Notes: generated from the sequence alone by a model not told the origin. 64,000 nt of DNA from Patescibacteria group bacterium (GCA_021735685.1 JAIPGN010000001.1:202678-266677), one strand, 5' to 3'. Shown: positions 1 through 10,105, counted from the first letter of the stretch. Made by a program: numbers and translations.

Positions 1-2156
1 CTAAAAACCAATCAAAGTCACAAAATTGGATTGTCGCTATTGTTCTAATTACTTTAGCGATTGTTTTATTTTTAGGATTGTTAGATTCGGCTGGGTTAGT
101 TGGTAATTTTTTAGGACAAAGTTTAACTTTACTCTTTGGTTGGGCTAGCTGGATTTTACCGATTTTCTTCTTGCTTTTTGCTTATCTTTTCTTAAATTAT
201 TTTAAGATTCAAGAAAAAGGACGCAGTTTTAACGTTCGCTTAATTAGTTTAATTTTTTGTTTTTTAATTTGTAGTGCCATTTTTCACCTCTTTGTTTTAA
301 CTGATGCTGACGCCTTAACTAATCACAGAGGAGGAGGTTATGTTGGTTATGCTTTAACTTATTTTTTGGTTAATAGTTTTGGTTTTTGGGCTGCTTCTTT
401 GATTTTTGTTTGTATCTTTTTGGTCACTTTAATTATATCCCTAGAAGGGATTTTTAGTTTTAAGAAAAAAGAAAGCAAAAAAGAAGAGGAAATCGAAGAA
501 GAAGGTTCTGAACAGGAGTTACCTTTAAAAAAGACTAGAAGGTCTCGTTCTTCAAAAATTGGCAAAAAAATAGCCGGTTCTTGGAAAAAGGTTTCTCAAA
601 AAATAGATCAAGCTGATTCAGAGCTAGAGCAAGAATTATCAATTCCAGAAAAAGAATTGTCTTCAGATTCAAAGAAAGATGATCAATCAGGAATCAAGAT
701 TCCTTCTCCGCGTAAATTTTCTAAAGTTGATTTACCTTTAAATCTCTTAGAAGGGGATTCTACCCGAGCTCAAGGCGGAGACACAAAGGCCAATGCCTTG
801 ATTATTGAAAAGACATTGAAAAATTTTTCTATTCCTGTAGAAATGAGGGACGTCAAAGTGGGACCGACTGTCACTCAATATACTTTAAAGCCCGTCCAAG
901 GAGTAAAACTTTCTCAAATTACTAGTTTAGGCAATGATTTAGCTTTAGCTTTGGCAGCTCACCCTATTCGTATTGAGGCTCCGATTCCGGGGCAATCTTT
1001 AGTTGGGATTGAGGTTCCTAATCAGAAAACAGCCATTATTCGATTACGAGAAATTCTAAGTAGTAAGGCTTTTAAACAAAGATCTAATAATTTAACTTTA
1101 GGTTTAGGAAGAGATGTGGCTGGTGATATTCGTTTAGCAGATTTAGGGCGAATGCCTCATTTATTAGTGGCTGGATCTACAGGTTCAGGAAAAACTATCT
1201 TTTTAAATACTATTATTCTTAGCCTCCTTTATCAGAATTCAATTAATGATTTGAAATTTATTTTTGTAGACCCGAAAAGAGTAGAATTAACCCTTTACGA
1301 AGGTCTGCCTCATCTTTTAACTCCGGTAATTACTGATGTTACTAAAACTGTTAATGCCTTAAAATGGGCGGTAGGAGAAATGGATCGTCGTTTTGATGTG
1401 ATGGCTGAGGCTAAAAAAAGAGATATTGGTAGCTATAATAAGGCTCATCCAGATGAAAAAATGCCTTATATTGTGATTGTAATTGATGAGTTAGCGGATC
1501 TAATGGCTGTGGCTGCTCAAGATGTGGAGGCTTGTATTATTCGATTAGCGCAGATGGCACGGGCCACCGGCATTCATTTAGTGATGGCCACTCAAAGGCC
1601 TTCAGTTAATGTTATTACTGGTTTAATTAAGGCTAATATTACAGCTCGAGTTTCTTTTTCTGTGGTTTCTTCGGCAGATTCTCGTACTATTTTAGATTTT
1701 TCTGGAGCAGAAAAATTATTGGGTCGCGGAGATATGCTTTTCACTTATGCTGAACTTTCTAAACCAAAGAGATTACAAGGAGCTTATGTCTCTGACCAAG
1801 AGATTAAAAAAATTGTCAATTATTTAAAAGAAGTCGCTGAGCCAGAATATGAAGAAGGGGTAGTAGAGTCTCAATCTCGTTCTATTGTTGATTCTCATTT
1901 TGGTGGAGACATGGAAGAAGAAGATGAGCTAATGCCTCAAGCTCGAGAAATGATTATTCGGGCAGGAAAAGCTTCTGCTTCTTTTTTGCAAAGAAGATTA
2001 AGAATTGGTTATGCTCGGGCGGCGCGCATTTTAGATTATTTAGAAGAAGAGGGGACTATTGGACCTTCACAAGGATCTAAAGCCAGGGAAGTTTTTAAAA
2101 AACCTTATGAAGAAGACGGAGAAGCAGAAGAGCGAACTTATGATAATGATCTCTAG
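1..2156 (+). CDS. ftsK: FtsK/SpoIIIE DNA translocase (5' end lies outside the window)
   Basis: N-terminal TM segments, Walker A GSTGSGKT, IDELADLM, ATQRPSV, C-terminal gamma domain (ASFLQRRLRIGYARAARI). The frame is open from position 3. Confidence 0.95.
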   Translation, partial: KNQSKSQNWIVAIVLITLAIVLFLGLLDSAGLVGNFLGQSLTLLFGWASWILPIFFLLFAYLFLNYFKIQEKGRSFNVRLISLIFCFLICSAIFHLFVLTDADALTNHRGGGYVGYALTYFLVNSFGFWAASLIFVCIFLVTLIISLEGIFSFKKKESKKEEEIEEEGSEQELPLKKTRRSRSSKIGKKIAGSWKKVSQKIDQADSELEQELSIPEKELSSDSKKDDQSGIKIPSPRKFSKVDLPLNLLEGDSTRAQGGDTKANALIIEKTLKNFSIPVEMRDVKVGPTVTQYTLKPVQGVKLSQITSLGNDLALALAAHPIRIEAPIPGQSLVGIEVPNQKTAIIRLREILSSKAFKQRSNNLTLGLGRDVAGDIRLADLGRMPHLLVAGSTGSGKTIFLNTIILSLLYQNSINDLKFIFVDPKRVELTLYEGLPHLLTPVITDVTKTVNALKWAVGEMDRRFDVMAEAKKRDIGSYNKAHPDEKMPYIVIVIDELADLMAVAAQDVEACIIRLAQMARATGIHLVMATQRPSVNVITGLIKANITARVSFSVVSSADSRTILDFSGAEKLLGRGDMLFTYAELSKPKRLQGAYVSDQEIKKIVNYLKEVAEPEYEEGVVESQSRSIVDSHFGGDMEEEDELMPQAREMIIRAGKASASFLQRRLRIGYARAARILDYLEEEGTIGPSQGSKAREVFKKPYEEDGEAEERTYDNDL

Positions 2157-2235
2157 TTACAGAACCAAACGGATTAATAATTTAATACAAAATTCCAATT
2201 TTCAATTACCTTCAGTGCCCAATTAACCATCCTCT

Positions 2236-2886
2236 ATGTTTTTATCAAAATCAATTGCACAAAATACTATTGGCAGCATCCTAAAAGAAGCTCGCCAGAA
2301 GAATAAATGGACCTTAAAGCAAGCTGAAAGAAAAACTGGCATTGCTCAAAAATATTTAGAATGTTTAGAGGCCGATGATTTTTATAAATTACCGGGGACT
2401 ACTTATACCCGCGGTTTTTTAGAAAGATATGCTGAATTTTTAAAACTTAAGCCAGAGGTTATTATTGAAAGGTGGCGAAAAGAATTTAGCCAAGCTACTA
2501 AACCGAAAGTTCCTGAAAAAATGGGGATTAAAAATAAGCCTCATACTTTTGCTGAAATTAGTGTTTATTTTGTTATTTTTGCGGTTTTGTTATTCCTGGT
2601 TTATCTTGGTCTTACTATTAGAGACACTCTTTTTACCTCTAATTTAGAAGTTTCTAGTCCGGCTGAAAATATCATTACTCAAGATTCTCATTTAACTATT
2701 GAAGGAAGCGCTGACCCAGGAGCTGATATTTTTATCAATGGCCAACTTTTAGAAAATGTTAGCGCGGACGGTACTTTTCAGCAAGAAATTAATTTATTTC
2801 CTGGCCTTAACGTTATTGAAGTGGCAGCCCAAAAGAAACATTCACAAAAAAAAATAGTGTCGCGTCAAGTGATTTTAGAAAAATAA
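2236..2886 (+). CDS. RodZ-like HTH protein with one TM helix and a C-terminal Ig-like domain
   Basis: IGSILKEAR...YLECLEADDF..LPG..YTRGFL..YAEFL motif, single TM, beta-rich C-terminus; typical position between ftsK and recA. Confidence 0.75.
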   Translation: MFLSKSIAQNTIGSILKEARQKNKWTLKQAERKTGIAQKYLECLEADDFYKLPGTTYTRGFLERYAEFLKLKPEVIIERWRKEFSQATKPKVPEKMGIKNKPHTFAEISVYFVIFAVLLFLVYLGLTIRDTLFTSNLEVSSPAENIITQDSHLTIEGSADPGADIFINGQLLENVSADGTFQQEINLFPGLNVIEVAAQKKHSQKKIVSRQVILEK

Positions 2887-2901
2887 TATAATATAAAAAA
2901 T

Positions 2902-3954
2902 ATGGCTTCAAAAAAAACCAGCAAAAAAGTAGACAGTAAGCCAGAGGTTAAAAAAGAGCTTACTGATCGTCAAAAAGCCACGGAAGTGGCGATTAATCAA
3001 ATTAAAGAAAGGTTTGGCGAAGGTTCTATTATGATGCTTCGCGAGGCCAAAAAAATGGAAGTAGAGGCTATCTCTACTGGTTGTTTATCCTTGGATTTAG
3101 CTTTAGGGATTGGCGGTTTACCCCGCGGCAGAGTTATTGAGATTTTCGGTAAAGAAATGAGCGGAAAAAGCACTTTAGCTCTCCATGTTATTGCTGAGGC
3201 TCAGAAAAAAGGCGGAGTAGCCGCTTTTGTTGATGCTGAGCATGCTTTGGACCCAGAATATGCTAAAAGAATCGGGGTAAAAGTCAATGATTTATTGATT
3301 TCCCAGCCGGATACGGGAGAGCAAGCCTTAGAAATAGTAGAAACTCTAGTGCGTTCTAATGGAATAGATGTAATTGTAATAGATTCTGTAGCGGCCTTAA
3401 CTCCGAAAAAAGAAATTGAGGGCGAAATGGGAGATTCGCACATGGGCTTACAGGCTCGTTTAATGAGTCAGGCCTTGCGCAAGCTAACCGCCATTGTGAG
3501 CAAGAGTAAGGCTTCGGTGATCTTCATTAATCAAGTAAGAATGAAGATTGGTGTATTTTTTGGTAATCCGGAAACCACTACTGGAGGATTAGCCCTTAAA
3601 TTCTACTCTTCAGTAAGGGTGGAGTTAAAACGTTTGGCTCAAATTAAAAAGAAAGATGATGTAATTGGTAATAAGGTTAAGGCTAAGATTGCTAAAAATA
3701 AGGTAGCTCCTCCTTTCAAGACTTGTGAGTTTGAAATTATGTATAATCAAGGAATTTCTTGGGAAGGGGACTTATTGAACTTAGGAGCTAAATATGATTT
3801 AGTTAAAAAATCTGGTAATACCCTTAGTTATGAAGAAACTAAACTTGGCGTAGGTTGGGAAAATTCTAAGCAAGCCTTGCGTGATAATCCCAAATTAGCT
3901 AAAGAACTGAAAAAGAAAATCCTAAAAGCGATCAAAGAAGAACAAAAATCCTAA
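2902..3954 (+). CDS. recA: Recombinase A
   Basis: [48 protein letters not shown] motifs. Confidence 0.99.
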   Translation: MASKKTSKKVDSKPEVKKELTDRQKATEVAINQIKERFGEGSIMMLREAKKMEVEAISTGCLSLDLALGIGGLPRGRVIEIFGKEMSGKSTLALHVIAEAQKKGGVAAFVDAEHALDPEYAKRIGVKVNDLLISQPDTGEQALEIVETLVRSNGIDVIVIDSVAALTPKKEIEGEMGDSHMGLQARLMSQALRKLTAIVSKSKASVIFINQVRMKIGVFFGNPETTTGGLALKFYSSVRVELKRLAQIKKKDDVIGNKVKAKIAKNKVAPPFKTCEFEIMYNQGISWEGDLLNLGAKYDLVKKSGNTLSYEETKLGVGWENSKQALRDNPKLAKELKKKILKAIKEEQKS

Positions 3955-3960
3955 AAAAAT

Positions 3961-4037
3961 ATGTACGAGGTTCGACCTCGTACATTTGCCCCTAAAACGT
4001 CTCAACCATGCTATGTACGAGGTTCGACCTCGTACAT
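3961..4037. repeat. REP-like palindrome doublet (ATGTACGAGGTTCGACCTCGTACAT x2, 27-bp spacer)
   Basis: Copies at 3961-3985 and 4013-4037; the unit is the reverse complement of those at 47115-47191 and 47808-47884. Confidence 0.9.
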
Positions 4038-4055
4038 GGATAGTAGATAAAATAA

Positions 4056-4089
4056 AAAAATTGCGGAGAAATTATTCTTCGCAATTTTT
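4056..4089. terminator. Probable bidirectional intrinsic terminator between recA and the wzz-like gene
   Basis: AAAAATTGCGGAGAA-attaa-like loop-TTCTTCGCAATTTTT hairpin flanked by A and T runs between convergent genes. Confidence 0.6.
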
Positions 4090-4112
4090 CTTTATTCTAT
4101 TGTTTTTTGATA

Positions 4113-5126
4113 CTAATAATTAGTTTTTTTAACTTTCAGTTTTTCGATCGGGTCTTCCTTAAAATATTCTGCCCCAAAAGCATAAAGAATTCCTAAAAAT
4201 ATTCCCAGAATGCCAGCAATGATAACATTTTGCTTTCGGTTTGGAGAAATTCTGGTTTCAGGAGCTGTGGCTGGAACTTCAACTTCTGTGGGTTTGGTTT
4301 GATAAACCCTCTCGTATTTTTTAGATTGAATTTGTTGTTCTAGGTTAACTAGTTTATGTTCCAAATTCAGTAGTTGAGATTCTTTGCTTTCTTTTTGGTT
4401 TTTGACTGTGGCTAAAAGATCAATATAGCTTTCGGCAATGCGGCCTTGGCCATCGCTGTAAGCGGCCGAACGGTTATTAATTTCTCTTTGATAATTTTCA
4501 ATATCGCTTTCTAGGCGAGTAATTTCTTCGTTAGTTTTAGTAATATTTTTTTCTGTTTTTTCTTTTTCGCTTACAATGGTAGCTAACTCGGTTTCGTAAT
4601 TTTTTTCTGCTTCACTAAAGATATTGTTGTGATAGGTAAGGAGAATGTCTGAGACTGCTTGCACCACGGTTACTGCTTGTTCTGGAGTATGAGCCCTTCC
4701 TTGAATTTCAATAAATTTAGAAAACTTGTCTTGGTTTTCGCCATTTTCATTTTCTTTGATGTCAAACATTTGAGCTACTTGATTAGTGGTGGCTCCTTCT
4801 GATAATGCTAAAGGTTCCTTAATTTTGTTTTTAACTTGTTGGAGAACGGTTTCTCGAGAAAAAACAGAGTTGATAGTATTAAGGCTTTGAATGGGATCTC
4901 CTTTAATTTTTCCGACTTCAATTAAGTTGCTAGCCTGAAAAACAGGAGTTATTAGAAGACTGATGATAATACTAAAGATTACAATCCCTCCAAAAATACT
5001 GGCAATTTGCCATTTTCTCTTGCAAAGGACTTTAATATAATCTCGTAAGTCAATTTCATCTTCTTCTGAATAATGATGTTCTTCTAAGATTTTTTCTTCT
5101 TGGCTTTGATATTCGTTGTTTTCCAT
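4113..5126 (-). CDS. Wzz-like polysaccharide chain-length determinant
   Basis: EDEIDLRDYIKVL N-terminus, TM, coiled coil, proline-rich P..P..RISPNR followed by a TM. Confidence 0.85.
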   Translation of the reverse strand: MENNEYQSQEEKILEEHHYSEEDEIDLRDYIKVLCKRKWQIASIFGGIVIFSIIISLLITPVFQASNLIEVGKIKGDPIQSLNTINSVFSRETVLQQVKNKIKEPLALSEGATTNQVAQMFDIKENENGENQDKFSKFIEIQGRAHTPEQAVTVVQAVSDILLTYHNNIFSEAEKNYETELATIVSEKEKTEKNITKTNEEITRLESDIENYQREINNRSAAYSDGQGRIAESYIDLLATVKNQKESKESQLLNLEHKLVNLEQQIQSKKYERVYQTKPTEVEVPATAPETRISPNRKQNVIIAGILGIFLGILYAFGAEYFKEDPIEKLKVKKTNY

Positions 5127-5149
5127 ATTATTTGTGTTTTAAATTTTAT

Positions 5150-5482
5150 TTAAAAATTGCGACGGGCGGCAAAATTAAATGCATAAAAATATTTTTGCCA
5201 CAATTGGTCGGAAGATTCAAATTGATTATTAAATTGGAAGTAATCTATTAAGGCCTCCCGCAATCGAGTTAATTCTTTTAATCGTTTTTTATTTTTAAAA
5301 TCTTGAATGGTAAGACTTAAGAGCTCTAGCCCACGCACAAAGGCTTTTTCGCTATAATCATTCTTATTTTTATTTTTCCAGTTAATCGTTCTTTCTATTT
5401 CACTGCCAACATTAGCCATTTGTTCTATGAAAGGAATTTTTTCCCAGCGGCCGGAAGCTAAACTTTGGTGTTGTGGCTTCAT
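5150..5482 (-). CDS. Conserved hypothetical helical protein (EQMANVGSEI motif)
   Basis: 110-aa ORF with an ATGA overlap with the upstream DUF5674-like remnant; family recognised from memory. Confidence 0.7.
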   Translation of the reverse strand: MKPQHQSLASGRWEKIPFIEQMANVGSEIERTINWKNKNKNDYSEKAFVRGLELLSLTIQDFKNKKRLKELTRLREALIDYFQFNNQFESSDQLWQKYFYAFNFAARRNF

Positions 5483-5708
5483 TTTTCAATAATATTATTT
5501 ACTATTTCAATAATTGATTTTTGAATTTGAGAATCATTTACTCCTCGGCTTCTATTTCCCTGAGATGGCCGGAAGTTAATCATAGAGTCAAATTCAATCA
5601 TTTTCTGGCCTTGGTCATATGGATAGATATTTATTCCCCAAAGATTGTTTTGCTTTGACCCATTTTCTGCAATTCTTGAATTGATATTTTGTCTTTAATA
5701 ATTTTCAT
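5479..5708 (-). pseudogene. DUF5674-like gene with an internal deletion and frameshift
   Basis: One frame reads MKIIKDKISIQELQKM; a second frame continues ENGSKQNNLWGINIYP...IEFDSMINFRPSQGNRSRGV. The central part of the family is absent. Confidence 0.75.
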
Positions 5709-5757
5709 AAATTGATTTTGATTTCTTGATTTAATTTAACAAAAAAAGAGACTTTTG

Positions 5758-6465
5758 TCAATTTACGATTTGCCCATAAATTAAACCAAGATACTCGTGA
5801 ATAGCTAAATCTACGTTTCTTAAATTTTGAGCGCAAGGAAAAAAATCTAGGAGATCATATTTTTCTTTTTGAACTTTAAAATCAGCTGGAACTGGAAAAG
5901 GGGATAGACCTTGTTGGTGAAAAAGGAAAACCGAACGAGGGAGATGATAGGCAGAAGTGATTAAATAAAAGCATTGATCTTTTAGTATTTCTTTCAAATT
6001 TTGTGCACTTTCTCCAGTAGTGCGTGATTTATTTTCTAAAATTATTTTATCAGGATCAAGGCCTTGACTGATTAGATGATTTTTTAATTTCAAGGCTTGG
6101 GTATCTTCGGGGTTTAAAAAGTATTGACCACTAACGATTATTTTTGTTTCTGGCTTAAGGTTAGCTATTCTTGTCGCTTCTGTGGCCCGCAGGCGGTCGC
6201 TTTCCGCTCCGCCCAGTAAAATTACAGCTTGAGTTATTTCTTTGGGCAGAGGCCCTTCTAGGGCCGAGAATTGATTTTCTAGGGGGGCGATAATAGTATC
6301 TGGAAAGGGAGTAATACTAAAGAGATAATAGATAATTAATCCTAAAATTAAAAGTCTAGTTCCTCTTTTTTTCTTTTTTAAAAGCAATAAAAACCCGAGA
6401 AGGGTAATTAAAAGGATAAAAACACTGGGTGTTAAAAATTGTTGAATAACTTTAAACCAAATCAT
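5758..6465 (-). CDS. YdcF/ElyC (DUF218) family membrane protein
   Basis: Two TMs, ILLGG, IIVSG, ENKSRTTGESA, LITSAYHLPRS, HEYLGL. Confidence 0.9.
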   Translation of the reverse strand: MIWFKVIQQFLTPSVFILLITLLGFLLLLKKKKRGTRLLILGLIIYYLFSITPFPDTIIAPLENQFSALEGPLPKEITQAVILLGGAESDRLRATEATRIANLKPETKIIVSGQYFLNPEDTQALKLKNHLISQGLDPDKIILENKSRTTGESAQNLKEILKDQCFYLITSAYHLPRSVFLFHQQGLSPFPVPADFKVQKEKYDLLDFFPCAQNLRNVDLAIHEYLGLIYGQIVN

Positions 6466-7064
6466 AATTTTTTTAAAATTTTATTTTTTATTTTAGAAAA
6501 TTGGTGCTGGTTAAGATTTATTTCCGGCACTTCTTTGGTTGTTTCTAAGATTTTTTTTAGTTCTTTAATAAAGTTTTCTTTTTTTTCTTTTTTTAAAAAA
6601 TTAAGATAAAATTTAAAATTAAAGTTTTGCCTCAGGAGACTAATGATGTCAATTTTATCTTTTTCTCCTTTAATAGAGCCGGATCTATTTTGAAAAGCAT
6701 ACTGTTTTAAAATCATTAATATTTCTATTTTTGGCAAAACAAATCCAGAGTAAAGAATGGTATTCTTTTCTATTTTCTCTATAGGAAGGCCGAGGTCAGA
6801 AAAAAAGGGAAGGTAGATGTCAATATCAGAATGATCAGTTTTGATTTCATATTTTTTCAATCTTTGATTTTTGATTAAATCGTGTTCTTGTTTTAATTTT
6901 TCTAACTCTTGGTAATCGCAAATAAAGTCAATATCTTTTGATTTTAATCCCTGAGTATAAAGAAAAACGGCCCATCCACCAATTAAAATAAAATGATGTT
7001 TTCTTTTTAACTCTTGGAGGAGTTGCCAACTTTTTTTAGTTATTAGGTCGTGATAAAAAGACAT
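6462..7064 (-). CDS. Nucleotidyltransferase-fold protein (putative toxin of a type IV-like TA pair)
   Basis: ILIGGWAV...SKDIDFI motif and a late KDKID motif. Confidence 0.7.
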   Translation of the reverse strand: MSFYHDLITKKSWQLLQELKRKHHFILIGGWAVFLYTQGLKSKDIDFICDYQELEKLKQEHDLIKNQRLKKYEIKTDHSDIDIYLPFFSDLGLPIEKIEKNTILYSGFVLPKIEILMILKQYAFQNRSGSIKGEKDKIDIISLLRQNFNFKFYLNFLKKEKKENFIKELKKILETTKEVPEINLNQHQFSKIKNKILKKL

Positions 7065-7066
7065 TT

Positions 7067-7657
7067 TTAATTATTAATTTTACTCTTTAAGGCTTCTAGA
7101 AAGTCTTGCGCATACCATTCTTCAGCATTCCAAAGATCAGCAAAGGTTTGACCCCAGGTTGTAATTTTGCCGTAAGAGGGGAGAAAATCATCTGCTTTAA
7201 GAACAATAAGATTGGGATAGCCTTTTTTCTTAGGGAATCTTTTCTTTATTTTTTTCACTTCTTTTTCAAAGGCATAAATATAAATTTTATCATAATCAGC
7301 CGGTTGGTCAGAAAAATGTTGGTTGTAGGCAGCGTAAAGACCATAAATTATTTGAGGAGGCATTAGGGCTTCAATTTTTGAAGAAGGTAAATTTTCAACT
7401 CTAGTTTGATAAACAATGTCTTTCTTTAAATTTCGGTAAGTGCTCCAAAGGTAGAGAAGTTTTTCTTTATTTTTAATTCGGAAATTACGGCTAGTCACCT
7501 CAATTATTTTTAATTGACGAGGCGCTTTCAAGGCGTGAAAAATAGTGCTCAAGGAAACAGAAAACTTTTGAGCCAATTCTTTTTGAGTGAATTGTTCAAT
7601 TTTTTTTTCTATACTTTGATAAAGGATTTCTCTCCAAATAATTTCTTTTTTGTTCAT
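7067..7657 (-). CDS. Winged-HTH protein (putative AbiEi-like antitoxin/regulator)
   Basis: FTQKELAQKFSVSLST HTH; C-terminal QTFADLWN; directly upstream of the nucleotidyltransferase. Confidence 0.65.
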   Translation of the reverse strand: MNKKEIIWREILYQSIEKKIEQFTQKELAQKFSVSLSTIFHALKAPRQLKIIEVTSRNFRIKNKEKLLYLWSTYRNLKKDIVYQTRVENLPSSKIEALMPPQIIYGLYAAYNQHFSDQPADYDKIYIYAFEKEVKKIKKRFPKKKGYPNLIVLKADDFLPSYGKITTWGQTFADLWNAEEWYAQDFLEALKSKINN

Positions 7658-7684
7658 TTCGATTTTATTTAAGAAAAATAAGCC

Positions 7685-7739
7685 TCATTTCGATAATAAT
7701 CGAAATGAGTGCTTTTGTCAAGAAAATAATTGTGGATAA
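7685..7739 (-). promoter_or_regulatory. DnaA box + sigma70 promoter with overlapping palindromic operator
   Basis: Minus strand: TTATCCACA-9nt-TTGACA-17nt-TATTAT; palindrome CTCATTTCGAT-aata-ATCGAAATGAG covers the -10. Confidence 0.7.
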
Positions 7740-7744
7740 TTAGG

Positions 7745-7764
7745 CCTGCCTGCTGATAGGCAGG
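7745..7764. repeat. Short GC-rich palindrome CCTGCCT-gctgat-AGGCAGG
   Basis: Inverted repeat in an AT-rich intergenic region; single copy in the window. Confidence 0.5.
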
Positions 7765-7772
7765 GTCAATGA

Positions 7773-8207
7773 TTAAAACAATTCTTTTTTATGCTTTATT
7801 ACAAAATCTCTCTGCTCTTTAATCATCTTCTGAGGCATGTCTTTAAATACCTTGTATTTCTTGTTCTTGCTATTTAATGGGTTCTCATCTTTTGATCTCA
7901 CCAAGAAAGCAATGCCCACGGGTTGGTCAAAATATTCAGGAAAATCATATTCAATCACTCCGATCATTTTTTCAACTTCTATATCTTCTTCCATCTCTTC
8001 TTGAGCTAATCTTTTTACTGCTTTTTCCAGGTTTTCTCCTTTTAGCACGGTTCCCCCGGGAATATGCCATTTGCCAATAGCTGGGGGAATCTCTCTTTTA
8101 GTTAAAGCTATTCCTTTATTGGTTGATAAAATTACCTCAACGCAAAGTCGAGGCACTGTGGAATAGATCTTTTTATATTCTTTAAATGGTAGTTTTTTTA
8201 TTTTCAT
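7773..8207 (-). CDS. NUDIX hydrolase (GDP-mannose mannosyl hydrolase-like)
   Basis: VPRLCVEVI and WHIPGGTVLKGENLEKAVKRLAQEE Nudix box variant. Confidence 0.85.
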   Translation of the reverse strand: MKIKKLPFKEYKKIYSTVPRLCVEVILSTNKGIALTKREIPPAIGKWHIPGGTVLKGENLEKAVKRLAQEEMEEDIEVEKMIGVIEYDFPEYFDQPVGIAFLVRSKDENPLNSKNKKYKVFKDMPQKMIKEQRDFVIKHKKELF

Positions 8208-10105
8208 TTTATTTCTAACAGTCCCTTTATTTTTTCTTTATTCATCTCTGATAAAGCTTGTTCAAATTCTTTTAAGATTATTTGAATATCGTCTCCATTT
8301 TTTTCTAAATGAGAGATAAATATTTTTTCATGCTTGGTTGGCGATTCTTTTTCAGTAATAATTTCTTCAAACAATTTTTCCCCCGGCCGAATGCCAGCAA
8401 AAACAATGGGAATGTCAATATCCGGCTTATAACCAGCCAAACGAATCATTTCTTTAGCTAAATCTAATATTTTTACTGGTTGACCCATATCCAGCACAAA
8501 AACCTCTCCATCTTGGCCAATGGCTCCAGCCTGCATAATCAAAAGACAAGCTTCAGCAGTAATCATAAAATATCTTTTCATTTCGGGGTCAGTCACTTCT
8601 ACGGGGCCTCCTTTTTCAATTTGTCTTTGGAAAATAGGGACGACACTGCCTTGACTGCCCAAAACATTACCAAATCTAACTGCGCAAAAACGAGTTGGAA
8701 TTTTTTGTGAGCGGGCTTTTTGATTAAGCCAAACGCAAACTTTTTCCGCCATTCTTTTGCTAGCCCCCATAATAGAAGTTGGATTAATAGCTTTATCTGT
8801 CGAGACCATAACAAATTTTTTGACTTTATGTTTCAAGGAAGCCTCTCCTGTATTAAGAGTTCCTAAAATATTGTTGCGCACGGCTTCATCAGGGTCGTCT
8901 TCCATCATCGGCACGTGCTTGTAGGCGGCCGCATGAAAAACTACATCTGGTTGGCATTTTTGAAAAAGGTGGTCAATTTTGTTCTGGTCACAGATATCAG
9001 CTAAAGCAAAGAATAAAGGATTTTCTGGAAAATTAGAATTTTTCCAAGCTTGATTAAGTTTCTTTTTTAGATAAAAAAGAGCGGTTTCTCTTTGATCTAA
9101 AGCAATTAATTGCCGGGGTTTAAATTTTAATATTTGTTCGCAAAGCACCGAGCCAATAGAGCCGGCTGCACCGGTCACTAAAATTCTTTTGTCGGTAACA
9201 TATTCTTTAATGGCTTGAGTATCTATTTGGACTGGCTCACGTCCCAATAAATCTTCAATAGATATCTCCCGTAGATTATTTAAACTGACTTTTTCTTCTA
9301 GAATTTCTTTAGTGCCGGGTAAGATTTTGATTTTCTTAATTTTAGCTTGCCGGGCTAATTCCACAGTCTTTCTAATGGTTGGGATAGGGGCAGAGGGCAT
9401 GGCAATAATTATTTCCGCAATTTCTCTTTGTTCAATGATTTCAGCTAATTGTTCAATAGTTCCTAAAACTTTAATTCCATGAATTAAAATTCCTTTTTTC
9501 ATCGGACTGTCATCAATAAAGCCTTCTAAAGAGTAGGGGGTCTGAGAATTAGCAATTAAATGCCGAGCTAATTTTTCTCCGGCTTCGCCGGCGCCAATAA
9601 TTAAAACTTTGTTTTTTTTGCCTTTTTCTTTTTTCCAGCTGTTTTTTAATCCGTGTAAATATATTCTTTTGGCAAAGCGCAAGCTGGCTGTAAAAAAGAA
9701 AGCCAAGGCTCCAGAAATAAAGACAATAGAACGGGGGAATCCTTTAAAAAGTTCATTTTCTTTTAAAACAAAAAGAATTGCTCCCAAAGAAGCAAATCCT
9801 AAAATTACAGCTCGTCCAACTTTCAAAATTTCGCGAATGCTAATAAAAGACCAAGAAATAGAATAAAGTCTTTCCAAAACAAAAAAGATAATAGTCAGAG
9901 GGACAGCCAAAGCAATGAATCCCTTAATCATTGTAAAGTATTCAGGCTTAATGTTTCCATCAAAACGAAGCAAAAATCCCAAAAAACAAGCTAAAGCAAT
10001 TAAAAGCACATCAAAGAACAGAAAGAAAGCCGTTCTTTTTAAGCTTGTTTTGTGAAATATCTTTTTTCTTGCTCCGTAGAATAATTTTGAATTATTTATT
10101 CTCAT
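8204..10105 (-). CDS. CapD/PglF-type nucleoside-diphosphate sugar dehydratase
   Basis: Four TMs, IIGAGEAG, VTGAAGSIGS, HAAAYKHVP, STDKA.NPTSIMGASKR, VRFGNVLGS. Confidence 0.95.
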   Translation of the reverse strand: MRINNSKLFYGARKKIFHKTSLKRTAFFLFFDVLLIALACFLGFLLRFDGNIKPEYFTMIKGFIALAVPLTIIFFVLERLYSISWSFISIREILKVGRAVILGFASLGAILFVLKENELFKGFPRSIVFISGALAFFFTASLRFAKRIYLHGLKNSWKKEKGKKNKVLIIGAGEAGEKLARHLIANSQTPYSLEGFIDDSPMKKGILIHGIKVLGTIEQLAEIIEQREIAEIIIAMPSAPIPTIRKTVELARQAKIKKIKILPGTKEILEEKVSLNNLREISIEDLLGREPVQIDTQAIKEYVTDKRILVTGAAGSIGSVLCEQILKFKPRQLIALDQRETALFYLKKKLNQAWKNSNFPENPLFFALADICDQNKIDHLFQKCQPDVVFHAAAYKHVPMMEDDPDEAVRNNILGTLNTGEASLKHKVKKFVMVSTDKAINPTSIMGASKRMAEKVCVWLNQKARSQKIPTRFCAVRFGNVLGSQGSVVPIFQRQIEKGGPVEVTDPEMKRYFMITAEACLLIMQAGAIGQDGEVFVLDMGQPVKILDLAKEMIRLAGYKPDIDIPIVFAGIRPGEKLFEEIITEKESPTKHEKIFISHLEKNGDDIQIILKEFEQALSEMNKEKIKGLLEIK

